A DNA stretch of 63,994 bases, counting the filler, from Intoshia linei (lineage: Eukaryota; Animalia; Orthonectida), in NCBI GenBank assembly GCA_001642005.1. It is 7 parts of 7 records of this genome, joined end to end, with 100 filler letters (N's around TTAATTAATTAA, not from the genome) between each part and the next. Parts side by side here need not be neighbours in the genome. Positions count along the whole stretch, not along the records: positions 14,848 to 39,309 come from LWCA01000544.1; 6 more parts are not named here. One strand, 5' to 3'. The position numbers and the translations under genes were made by a program. Every line of letters begins with the position of its first letter. Position 1 is the first letter of the stretch. The notes under the pieces are model-generated. The model saw only the letters and a program-made list of their open reading frames with translations. It had not been told where the DNA came from and made no database searches. Below are positions 24,701-36,127 of the stretch, in pieces.

Positions 24701-27700
24701 TTTGTGTTTATATCAACTGAAATAAGCTCTATCAGAATAATCTTTTCTTTTAATTTTTAGACCGTTAATTATGTCACATTGTTTGTTTTAATAGAATATT
24801 TCGAAAAAAAATATATAAATACTAAAATTCTTTTTTGACCGTGAAGACGTCACTTATTCAGATATAAATTTTTTGAAATTGTAGGGCTGTTTTCAAATAA
24901 AAAGAAGGGTAATTTGGTGTTTTGGCCCTGAAAATATAATTTTTTTAAATTCTCCAACTCGTTTGATTTTCAAAAAAAATGATAATTAGGTTTTTGACCC
25001 GTAAGATGTGAGTTTGGGAGGTTGAAATTTATCTTATTATCAAGTTTTTGACCCGTAAGATGTGAAATTGGGAGGTTGAAATTTATCTTATTATACGGTT
25101 TTTGACCCTTAAGATGTGAAATTGGGAGGTTGAAATTTATCTTATTATACGGGAAAAAACTGTAATTGAAATGTGGACTATATAAAATTCTAAAACGGGT
25201 AGTTATAGAAATAAAGTGAAACACACACACAAACAAATATTGCATAGCATATTATATACAGTAATTATATATATTATATACATGTAAGTAGTATATATAG
25301 TTGTTAGTTTATACATTGTTATAATTAAGTTATATCGTTTAATACATATGTAATATCAAAAGCGTTTAAATCTTGAATAAAAATTATATTTATACTTAAA
25401 TGTCACAATTTTGCTGTTTCACAAATTTCGTTACTTACAATGAAGGACCTTAATTGAAAAATTAATTGATAAATTAGATATTCTTAAAAATGATTTTGTC
25501 AAATTTTTAAGTTGGTGGACTACAGTTGGTTTTACGGTATTTATTTATTCGATATTAGAGTTTTACCTGGCCAATACAATGTATTAAGTAGTAAGGTAGA
25601 ATATATTAACTGTATTAAAATAATGAGTATTTACTTATTAATTATTAAATATAGCTATCTTTATTTGAATGTGTTTTTTCCTTTTGCTCTGATAAAAAGA
25701 TGGAAAAATCTACATTTTTTACAGTATTGTTTTTATTATATCTCAGTGTTTCTTAAACTGAAAACTCTAGAGACCCATTAAAAATTTATAAAGCATATTT
25801 CTGATACAGTGAACATTTAAAACATTGATTCTTTGTTAATACAAAGATTTTTAGTATAAAGAGAAAGGATAAATGTATTAGGTTCAAATCTAGATTTTAG
25901 GATTCTCAGTAAAAACGAACAGTTAGCATTTTGAAATTCAAAAATTTTGCCATATTACTAAAATATTCCTAGACTTCCCAGTGTAATTTGAGTTATTGAC
26001 TGTCAAGATGACAATTTCTTATAATGAAATTTATGATAAAAAAACTATATTAGAATACTAGGTTGACTGTTATGTACTACGTACAAACAGCACCTAGGTC
26101 TGCCGAGGGCGGAATTTTTAAATTTATAAATAATATATAATATATAAAAAATTATTTTTCACCGGAAATGTGTAGATTTCTGGGGCTGAAATTTTGTATT
26201 TATATCAACTGCAATAAGCTGTATCAAAATAATATTATTTTTTTAATTGTAAGACCGTTAGTTATTTCACATTTTTTGTTTTAATAAAATAGTTTTGAAA
26301 CAAAAAAAAATTAATACTAAAGTGCTTTTTTGACCGTGAAGGCGTCACTTTGTCAGATTGAAATTTTTTGTCTGTGTTCAAAAGATATAAAATTATACCT
26401 GTATCAACTGTATTTTTTTTTAAGTTTCAGGGACTATTTTTATTTTAATCTGGGGTTTTGACCGAGAAGATATAACATTTTGAAATTGAAAATTATTGTA
26501 ATATTAATAAATTTAAAACTTTTTGTCAGAATGTGTATTTTTTATAATTCTGGAACGGGTTTGAATTTAAAAAAAAAAATGAGAATTGGAGTTTTTGACA
26601 TTGAAGTATTTAATTTCTAAAAATGAAATTTGAGATAAAACAACATTCTCGAAAAACTGTGATAGAAATATAGAATTTTTAAAACTCGAATCATCTTACT
26701 TTCTTGTATAAACGGTATCAGACAGACAGACAAACATACATCCATTTTTAACTAAATTACTTTATGTAAGTAATGATGATATATAAAAATAATTCCTAGA
26801 AAAATTTACTAAAGGGTCAAAAAATGGGCCGTGGTCGATACGTAGAGAAATTGAGACATTTACATCAGTTATTTTTTTAGAGTTCAATTAGAATTCGCAG
26901 GATATCGATGATAGTTTCTTTTTTTTGTAAAAATGGCAGCTTTTTGCCATACTAAATTGTTATTCTGTTGAAATTATGCTCATTTATTTAAGACTGTAAA
27001 TAATTATTTAATAATTACATTACATTTTCCTCATACTTTTAAAATTTTAATTATTTTTACATAAGTAATATAAAATATTTCGCCGACCCCAGTTTAAGAA
27101 ACACTGTTATAAGTGATACTTTTTTATTTTATTCTTTTATATTATTTATTTTAGTTAATTGGAGTTAATGTGCTTATAATTTTGTCTTATACTGTATCAA
27201 TTGTTCTAGTGTTGGTTCTAAAATATAAGGTTTTTATTAAAATGCTAACTTAATGAATTTACATGTTAAATGTTAATGGCGATAATTTCAAAATTTAAGC
27301 ATAAAGTTGTCTAATATATTGAATGAATTGTATTGATATGACTAGAGCAGAATCTACCATGTTCGAGGCCACCCAAAAATAAAATTGGAAAACTTTAAAA
27401 AAATTAAAAAGATGCTTAACGCCATAGCCCTGCATCAGCCCAGCCACATCTCTACAGGACTGTTTAAGGTTAACCCAAAAAGATTTTAGGGGAAAAATGA
27501 GTTGGTCACTAATGGGAATATCCGAGCTGGAATCATATAGGAATAATTTTTTTTATGCGCTGAAAGTTTGTCAATTTTTATAATTTCCTTGATATACCCA
27601 AAAGTACTTGTTCAATTTCAATACATTATGTAAATGTTGAAACTTGGTAATTCAGTAGCATTGAGTATCTATAATATTGAGTGAGTAGAATTACTTTGAA

Positions 27701-28372
27701 ATTTTTTTGTTTGATTTTAAATTGAATTTTTCTAAAATGTATAAAACATGTGTAAAAATTATAAATTATTTTTAGTTTGGTTACAATGCAAAAGAAGCAA
27801 TGAGACATACATTAAGATTGAATTATGGGGTCAATGTTGAAGAAGCATTCAATAGAGATTTGACTCGGGCTTGGGATCTGACTCAATCTGAAGTATTTGG
27901 ACTATTTCATAATTACAAATAATGTAGTTATTCTGTTGTTCAGTTGAAGACCAAGGTTGGAAATTGTATACCAGTTCAAAATGGTTTCGAACAAACCCTA
28001 CGGCAGTAATTAATTTGGAACGACCAGTAGTTCCTGTCAGTTGTTGTAATAGAGATTTATACGACAACATACAATCATTCAAAGAATGCCAAAAGGGTCA
28101 ATTTTACATGCAAAATTCCATACAAGTGAACAATTACATTTATCAAAAGGTATTTTCCATAAAAATAAAGTTTAAACAGAAAAAATTTTAGGGTTGTTTT
28201 GATGTAGTTAAAGCTGCCATGTTTGAAGTGGCAAGTTATCTGCTGGCCACATATTCTTATTTTATTATTTTATCTGTAAGTCTATAAATTAATATGAAAT
28301 TTATTAATTTAGTTAATTTGCGTGTCGTTAATTGGATTAAAATATCGAAAACAGTACAAAATGCATAGATAA
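21730..28372 (+). CDS. Tetraspanin, ~287 aa; exons 21730-21843, 21920-22042, 25512-25580 (tentative), 27155-27229, 27776-27892, 27928-28149, 28192-28275, 28313-28372
   Basis: Four hydrophobic segments. The large loop reads AWDLTQSELFCCS...W...VPVSCC...C...IYQKGC. All junctions are GT-AG phase 0. Confidence 0.8.
23320..25260 (-). mobile_element. Tandem or overlapping Helitron-family copies in a tetraspanin intron, with an internal ~57-bp tandem triplication (~24988-25150)
   Basis: Reverse-complement similarity to 36128-37620. Single-N joins at 23989 and 24573 flank duplicated blocks. Confidence 0.7.
26058..26740 (-). mobile_element. Internally deleted Helitron-family copy
   Basis: CTAGGTTGACTGTTATGTACTACGTACAAACAGCACCTAG (3' end, reverse strand) is joined directly to sequence from the 5' half. 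Confidence 0.65.
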
Positions 28373-28937
28373 ATGTAAAATAAATTTTTATTGAAATTTA
28401 ATATCAATTTTAATATATCAAATGACTAAAAATTTGATATGGAAATTTTTATGGTGATTAACTTTTATGATGACATAAATCAAACCATCAAATAGTATTT
28501 GATGTAGTTTTGTGTACATTAATAGAACACATAAAACTGTTACTATAAATTTATTTGAAACTTTTCAACATGTAAGTCATTTAATAATGAGCCACCTCTT
28601 ATCAGTAACATGTTAGTTTTGCAAAATATGAATTTATTTGACTTTTCAAAAAAGCTTTATGTTTTATTATTTAATGTGAAAATTACAAAAATTTAAAATG
28701 ATTTATTTTTATTAATTTTGGCTGGTCTGAACTTTTTATTCCTATTTTCCTCTGTATACATTACGCTACAATTGATACATGCACTACACTCTTGTTTAAT
28801 TTACATTAATTTTTGATTTATTGGATACTTAATCATTTTACTTCTTGATCAAAATTTATCATAGTCTCATTTTGAAATTAATTTTGAATTTGTTTTGTTT
28901 TATCGGGTAAATAATCAAATTAATATTAAAAGATTTT

Positions 28938-31900
28938 ATGAAAATTTTCATTTTATTTTATCATCTCTTTTCGATCGTCAACATTAACGCGTCAATTGGA
29001 TGGCTGTAAGTTTTTTTATATCGTATCTTCATTTTTATTTATTAAAGTGTATTGATTTAGTGGTTTATATTACGCATCCGGAATTCGTTGGAATTCCACC
29101 AAGAGTTGTGTTCAAGTTCGATCTAGGGGATTTCATAAACGTCAATATCGTGTATGTCGCGTAAATTTACATCTTATGGCGTTGATCAGGAAAACTGCCC
29201 TCAAAACTATAGAACTATGTCAAGAGACACTCAAACATAATCGCTGGAATTGTAGTTCAGTTCTTAGGGCTCCAAACTACAATGTTGACTTAACCAGTGG
29301 TACAGTTTCATTTCTTTTAAAATAATGTTTTGACAGAGTGTGTATTTGTAAAAGTAAAACTTTAATATATTATTTTAAGGACGGAAAGAGTTGTCATATA
29401 TTCAAGCCCTTAGTGCAGCAACTCTTACTCATGTAATGGCTACAGAATGTAAATCTGGTCGGTTGGATGAGTGCTCGTGCAATTTACATAAAGACGAATC
29501 ATTTGTCAATCTTCCAGATTATAATTTTAAAAATCTTGATCCGTTTCAAAGCATAAATAGCCGTTATATGACTAATAGCATGAGCGACATTGAAAACTGT
29601 AAAAATTACATAAAATATGCACAGTAATATATAATTTTACTTTTACTCAATATATTACTGTATTACTGATCGTTTGAAGAATTGTCATACAATTACGTCG
29701 GTAATAATGGTTTTGCTTCATTAATGATAATTTGTGAATTTGAGTGAAGGCAACTAATAGGTATTTATATGGGTGCCATTAAAAAAGAATTTTTCGAAGA
29801 TTTTAGGAATAGAATAAAGGTAAAAAACATATTTTTAGGGTTGTTATAGGTGGATTCCTCCATAATATTGATGACTGGATTTAGGAATATATCCTTGATA
29901 AAGCTGATTTTTTTATTTACTTCTTGTTGATTAAAATAGATTACTGACAGTTTTAGTGAAATAATAATAGTATCCATGCACAATTTTTTAACGAACTGTT
30001 ATACATTATTATGATTAATATTATTTTACATTAGAGAAATAAGCTTACAATTAACAGATGCTATATATAAGAACAAAAATGGGACTATAACCAAGAGAAA
30101 TATAAAATCATTAATTGGAATGCATAATCATCGGTTAGGAAGAAGTGTAAATATATAAAATATCATAATTTTAAAGATATTAGATTGTTTTATCAAGTAT
30201 GACTACAAAATGTCGCTGTCATGGAGTTAGGTAACATATTTAATTATTATATTAATAACTAGCTTGACTGTTATGTACTTGGTACAAACAGTTTTCTAGC
30301 TCTGCCGAGGGGGACATTTTATTCTACCAGAAAAATAAATTCAATAAGATAAATTTCTATTATTCACAATTATCAATTCTTTTAAATGAGTGGTTCCCAA
30401 ATTTGCTTCAGGTGGAAACGTCATATCACATTACTTTTTCTTTAAAGTGAATTATTCTTCTTAATTCATCTTAATTTTTTTTTAATATTTCCGTTAAGAA
30501 TTTAAAAAAAATTATCCCGTTTTTTTTAATTTATTAAACAGAATGTGTGTATAGTATTAAAAATAAAGTAAAAACAACACAATCTTAAAAATTTTCATAA
30601 ATAGCATAAATTTCAGAAAAAATAAAATTGTAAAAACCTATTTTGTAATTTTCAGTGTAATAATATACATTCAGTGACAATTTAATAAATAATTAAAAAT
30701 ACCATTTATATATCAATAATTAACGGAATCAGCTCTTTAGAAACATATTTCAGATGAATTTTACCAATATTGCAAAGCATTGTAATATAAAAATGATAAT
30801 AACAAAGTTGTATTACTTTTAGTAATTTTTTGTTGTAGTTTCAATTTAAATTTTAAACAAAATGTTTTAAAATGTTTTGAAAATGAGAATTTAAAATTGA
30901 AAAATTGCGAAGGAATGAATTATATAGATTTTCACCCATATTTCTTTATTGGAAATGTTTAGAGGTTCAATACAATTTTTTTTTGACCTTCACCTTCATA
31001 TTATCTTGAATTAAAATTATTTGTTTAGTGGATCATGTTCAGTAAAAACTTGTTGGAAGGTAAATTTGTATGTTTAATTAAATTTATGTATGTATTACAT
31101 TATCTATATTTGCACAGGCTGAAAGAGTTAGCAGTAGGCCGGTTAGAAAAAATTGTATGCCTCTTGTGTAGACATTAACTCATATATATTCAAATAGAAA
31201 ATGATTATCAAACCATAAAATTGATGAATGAAAAATCTTTCCAGAATGGGATCCCTGGACCCCTTGGTATTCAAAATTAGATGCCTGGGTCCGTGAGAAT
31301 CAAATATAATATGCAAAAAATTTTATCAACTTGTGTTTATTTTTATGGATAATTTTTAATATTTATTAACGCGTTAACAGATGTTGGGAGTTTATCCCGA
31401 AGCCTAGACGACCCCTACATTTTTATTTCAAAAATGCCACTATTAATACCACCATTAATATAATTTAATAAAAAATACCATTTAACCTCTCGGAAAATTC
31501 GACTTTTACCTATATTTTTTTGAAAAATCCACTTAATCAAACCCCAAAATAAAAAATTCAATTTTACCAATACTTGAGAGAAAAATCATCTTTTTGGAAT
31601 GTTTTTTTGAAAAATTCGAATTCACCTAATCTTATAAGCAACAACTTGTGAATCCAAAACCCAAAATAAAAAATCTCCTTTTTCTAAAATTTTTTTGAAA
31701 AACATGATTTTACGAATCTTATTAGAAAAACTTTTCATTCTTTCATAAATATTTCACATTCCATGTTTCCTTTGAGGTTCAAAAAAAATAAATACTTTGA
31801 AATGGGGTCGTAGACTACGTAGTACGGATTCCGAACACTATTTGAATTGGGAACCACTACTATACTACGTAGTGCGCCAATTTGTAAAGTTTATTTGTAA

Positions 31901-33507
31901 ATGGTTGTATTTGTAAAAGATTTTGTTAAAATTATTTTATACAGGTTGGTTATAGCGATTTTTTATAACCAAACTTTAAAAGGGTTTCTAAAAAATTTTC
32001 TTTTACCAAATTGTAAGATAGTCTTTAATCTTTAACTGAAGCGATAAAACAATTTGTACAAATCAATAATCTAAACTTTGGATATTAAAAAAATTTTTTA
32101 GAAAACTTTTAAAAGTTTAGTTAAAAAAAATAGTCATAATGAATCCTAGCCATAACGAACAACAGCGTTCCTGTATAAAATAATAGTAATGAAATCTTTT
32201 ACAAATAAAACTTAAATCCTTGACGTTAATAATTATCCCTGACATCAGCAATTTAACCATCCATCTCCGTATCCATTTCCATAGATCATAGGTTCTTAAC
32301 CTGGGCTACCAAACCGGTTTTTGGAGTGCCAGAAAATTTTTGAATAAAAATGTATTACAAATGATTTTACAGCTATATTTTTTAAATTTGAATCAAGTTT
32401 CTAAAATAAAGTTAACTTCTATTTATTAATTTAACATATTTAAATATAAAATTGTAAATATTTTAATATGTATATTAGAGTGTTCACTTTTTTTTTCAAA
32501 AAAACCAAGATTTTGCACGTGGACGCCTTTTTTGATTTTAAGCATTTAACCAAAAAAATGAAATCGGTTAATATTAAACGATACTAAAATAAATGATATT
32601 GATAAATCGTACAAACAAGTGTTTTTTATGTTAAAAGGTTTTTTCTAATTCAAATTTAAAGCCATTTTTAACTATTTTAAATAGAAAATTTTATTAACCA
32701 TAGTTATATTGTTGTTTTTTTTAGAATTTAAGTTTATTACATTTTTGGTGGTACCAAATTGAATTTTATTGAATTAAGGGGCAATAATAGATATTAAGAT
32801 AATAATAATAAAATAACTATGTATATTAGGCATTGATACCCCTTGAAGATATAGCAAAAAATTTAAAAAAAAAATACGACGACGCTGTACTAGTTTTACA
32901 TAAAGGAAAAGGCAAAAAGAGGCATTTAATTGCTAACGACATGCTACATGTAAATAGAATTTTATCGTCAAATGATTTGGTATATTCAGAAATATCTCCG
33001 GATTATTGTTCTAGAAATCATTTTGATGGTTCTGATGGAACACAACATAGGTGAATTTGTTTGTAGAAATGAACAATTAAATTATTTAGATTTTGCATTC
33101 CGAACAATTCAACTTCAATTGGGTGTGGTTCCATGTGTTGCGGTAGAGGTCATTTAACAAAAATTGTCAAAAAATATAAAAGATGCAATTGCCATTATGT
33201 TTGGTATTTATTTATACTAATAATAAATATATGATAGTATCGGTTGGAAAATGACAGTCACCCATCTCTAAAGGTGTGAGAGGTATGGAAGGTGTATATA
33301 TGAAAATATATTAGTAAATTAAAGTAAAATTTGCGTGGATTGATTTCTTCAAGTTTGTTGATGGAATAATTTGTTTATGTTAATTCATTTGTTTAAATTT
33401 AAATCAATTTAAAAATAATAATAAAAATCTGACGATATGTATTTAGGTGCTGCTATGTAAAATGTGGCGTTTGTCAATACGAAGAGGAACAAAGTACTTG
33501 TCGCTAG
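28938..33507 (+). CDS. wnt11: Wnt11-like ligand; exons 28938-29005, 29061-29299, 29380-29623, 30035-30146, 30184-30230, 31029-31059, 32830-33050, 33090-33203, 33447-33507
   Basis: Signal peptide. CRVNLHLM...RWNCSSVLRAPNYNVDLTSG is Wnt11-like. Also KCRCHGVSGSCSVKTCW, DLVYSEISPDYC, MCCGRG and CNCHYVWCCYVKC..C..C. All splice phases check. Confidence 0.9.
30259..30985 (-). mobile_element. 3' half of the Helitron family in a Wnt intron
   Basis: A|CTAGCTTGACTGTTATGTAC... is the reverse complement of the 37804 end; colinear for ~700 bp. Confidence 0.75.
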
Positions 33508-33882
33508 AGTAAAAATTGTTAAATTGTAAATTGTTAAATTAAACACTAAAAATGTGTGAACTATTGTGCGCACTATGCTACCATTTTTTAACAGTAAAAT
33601 TTCATTCATAAAAATGCGATGCAAAATTTAAACAATTTCCTTGGTATTAAATTACTCACTATTTCAACTGTTACGGTATTCCATGGTTTCAATTGAGTTT
33701 ACACCCATTTAGAAAGATATTTTGTGTTTACAATTAGAAAAATGTACATAAAGTGATTAGTTTTCAATTAAAACTTATAATTTTATCTATATTATTCATC
33801 AGGTATATATAAATTTGAATGATTTTGAAAGTATAGATTTATTATCGCTCCATTGGATTTTAAACAGAATTTTATAGAAAAT

Positions 33883-35121
33883 ATGCCTGCAAATTCACCA
33901 CAAGTAGAGAATAACAAGAGTATTATAAATACTCTTCTTTGTCACAGACAGGGAAGCGAGGATGAGGGGTTCGCTAAACGAGCAATAGAAAGTTTGGTAA
34001 AAAAATTAAGGGATAAACCTTCAGAGTTGGAAAATTTGCTTACGGCCGTTACCACGAATGGCACAATGAAAAGTAATTGCGTTACAATTCAGCGTACTCT
34101 TGATGGCAGATTACAAGTAAATTTTTATCATTAATTATCTGACGCAAACAAGCGACCAAGGGCCGCTTTAATGTATAAAAATTGACATTATATTCTTTAA
34201 TTCAACCGATTGAATTTGAATGATTTTATGACTAATTTATTTAGTGCGGCCCACTTGAAGGTTGCACACCAATCTAACCTATAACAATTCAATATAGGTT
34301 GCTGGTAGAAAAGGATTTCCTCATGTTATATATACAAGAATTTGGCGGTGGCCAAATTTAATTAAAAATGAACTTAAACATTCAGAAATGTGCCGACATG
34401 CTTTTGATCTCAAGCACGAATTAGTCTGCATAAATCCATACCATTATGAACGAGTTATATCGTCTGGAATAGATCTGGTCGGTTTGAACCTTTACCCTAC
34501 AGCTAATTATAATTCACTGATTGCTAAATCTAGGTTATATTTTACATTTTTTTTTAATACCATTTATAGGCCAGCTAAAAATACTGATGACCAGAAAGTT
34601 TCTAATTCTAACGCTAAAATAAAAAAGATTGAAAAATCAAATCACGATAAAACACCCAAAGTTAATTGCGGAAATTTTAATTCCAATAACCAAAATTTTC
34701 AACCAAACACCTTTCGTACAGAACAGTCTCAGACATTACCCAATGATTCTAACGTGTGGACTTCAAATATTTACAATAATAATAATAAAATTCCTTACAC
34801 CATTCAAAACCAAAACGTGATTAACCAACCCCCACATTGGAATGTTCCTATTATGGACAATAATTCTCAGTATTTAAATCATAAAGCACCAATAGATTCA
34901 AGTAATGGTGTTAAAACAAGATTGTCAAATCTATCTCAACCTGAAAATTGGTGCACTATCGCATATTTTGAAAAAGACCAGCAAGTCGGTGAAACTTTTA
35001 AGGCTCTCGCTGAATTTCCTGCAATCATTATTGATGGATACACTGATCCGTCTAGTTTGGATAGATTTTGTCTAGGGCAATTATCGAATGTTCATCGTAC
35101 AACTGACAGTGAAAAAGCTAG
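33883..35121 (+). CDS. SMAD4: Smad4/Medea, 5' partial (MH1, linker, start of MH2); exons 33883-34116, 34298-34533, 34570-35121
   Basis: [25 protein letters not shown]; [13 protein letters not shown]|[12 protein letters not shown]; [10 protein letters not shown]; [18 protein letters not shown]; [21 protein letters not shown]. Confidence 0.93.
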
Positions 35122-35179
35122 GTTCATTTTATTTATTTTTATTAATTTTTTAATCACGTTCTTACATTTAATTTAAATA

Positions 35180-36058
35180 CAGTCTAACTCGTCAATAATG
35201 AATATCGTAAATAATGAACGAGTTTTGGTCAAAATTCATCCCTTCTATAGTAAATTTCTTATACATTCATTATTTATCGTGATTTTTTAATAATGAATCT
35301 GAATTTATTGACTAAATGGAATGTTAACAGTTTTGAAATATGTCACGTAATTATTAACACGTTAAAAAATTATAGATAAGGAAAGAAAGAGAAGATGTTG
35401 CATATTAGATTACATGAAAAAACAATAGTTATACCTGTATATTAAATAAAACTTTTTTTTATATTTTGTTAGTTGCATATTGTCGAAAATAAGTTTATAA
35501 ATAACTTTTTTATTTGTCTATTGCAGTGTTTCTCAATTTTTTTTCGCTGTGGACAATATTTTATTTAAAAAAAAATCTGTGGACCTCCATAAATGAACAT
35601 TTTTCATATGCCCGGTTGGCGGATGACATTTCATGTTAATCAATATATGAATTTATTAGTATTCTTACTAAATTTTTAAACCTTTATAAAATAATTTTGT
35701 TAATCATGGACTACGGTGTGAATTACTGGTCTATCGGATATAATAAATATGCACGTTTTTTAAAACATTGGCTTTCTTTCAAATCTACAGTTTTTGGTTC
35801 ATAAATTGGTACAGTTTATTAAAAAGGTATCCATTTAATTCGAAATGTTAATTAAATCCCCGATATAATTAATGAATGTGTCTATCGCATGAAGTTTGCC
35901 GTTAATTATTGACGAATTAGACTTGATTACGTATATTATGATGAAATAAACTTCATTGTTTAGATATTTCTTCAAATGTTCATTAAATCACCAAATTGTT
36001 TAATAATGAATGTGCCAAAAATCCAACATTTAACGTTCATTATTGACGAGTCTGACTG
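35180..36058. mobile_element. pogo/Tc1-mariner-type MITE with a nested hAT MITE (~35524-35730)
   Basis: TA|CAGTCTAACTCGTCAATAATGAA ... TTCATTATTGACGAGTCTGACTG|TA (TIRs plus TA TSD). Confidence 0.8.
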
Positions 36059-36127
36059 TATTCAATAAAAATGTGCCCTCGGCAGAGTTAGGTGCTGTTT
36101 GTACGTAGTACATAACAATCAAGCTAG

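Noticed and set aside
23800-24765. Near-identical duplicated blocks beside single N characters
   Set aside because: Probably contig-overlap artefacts within a collapsed repeat; not trusted as real tandem copies.
24970-25245. ORF with NKINFNLPISHL repeats; superficially array-like ~57-bp repeat
   Set aside because: Tandem duplication inside the Helitron with no unique spacers; neither a protein nor a CRISPR array.
33270-33325. Alternative Wnt last exon (WCERYGRC..)
   Set aside because: The exon at 33447-33507 gives the canonical WCCYVKC..C..C ending.
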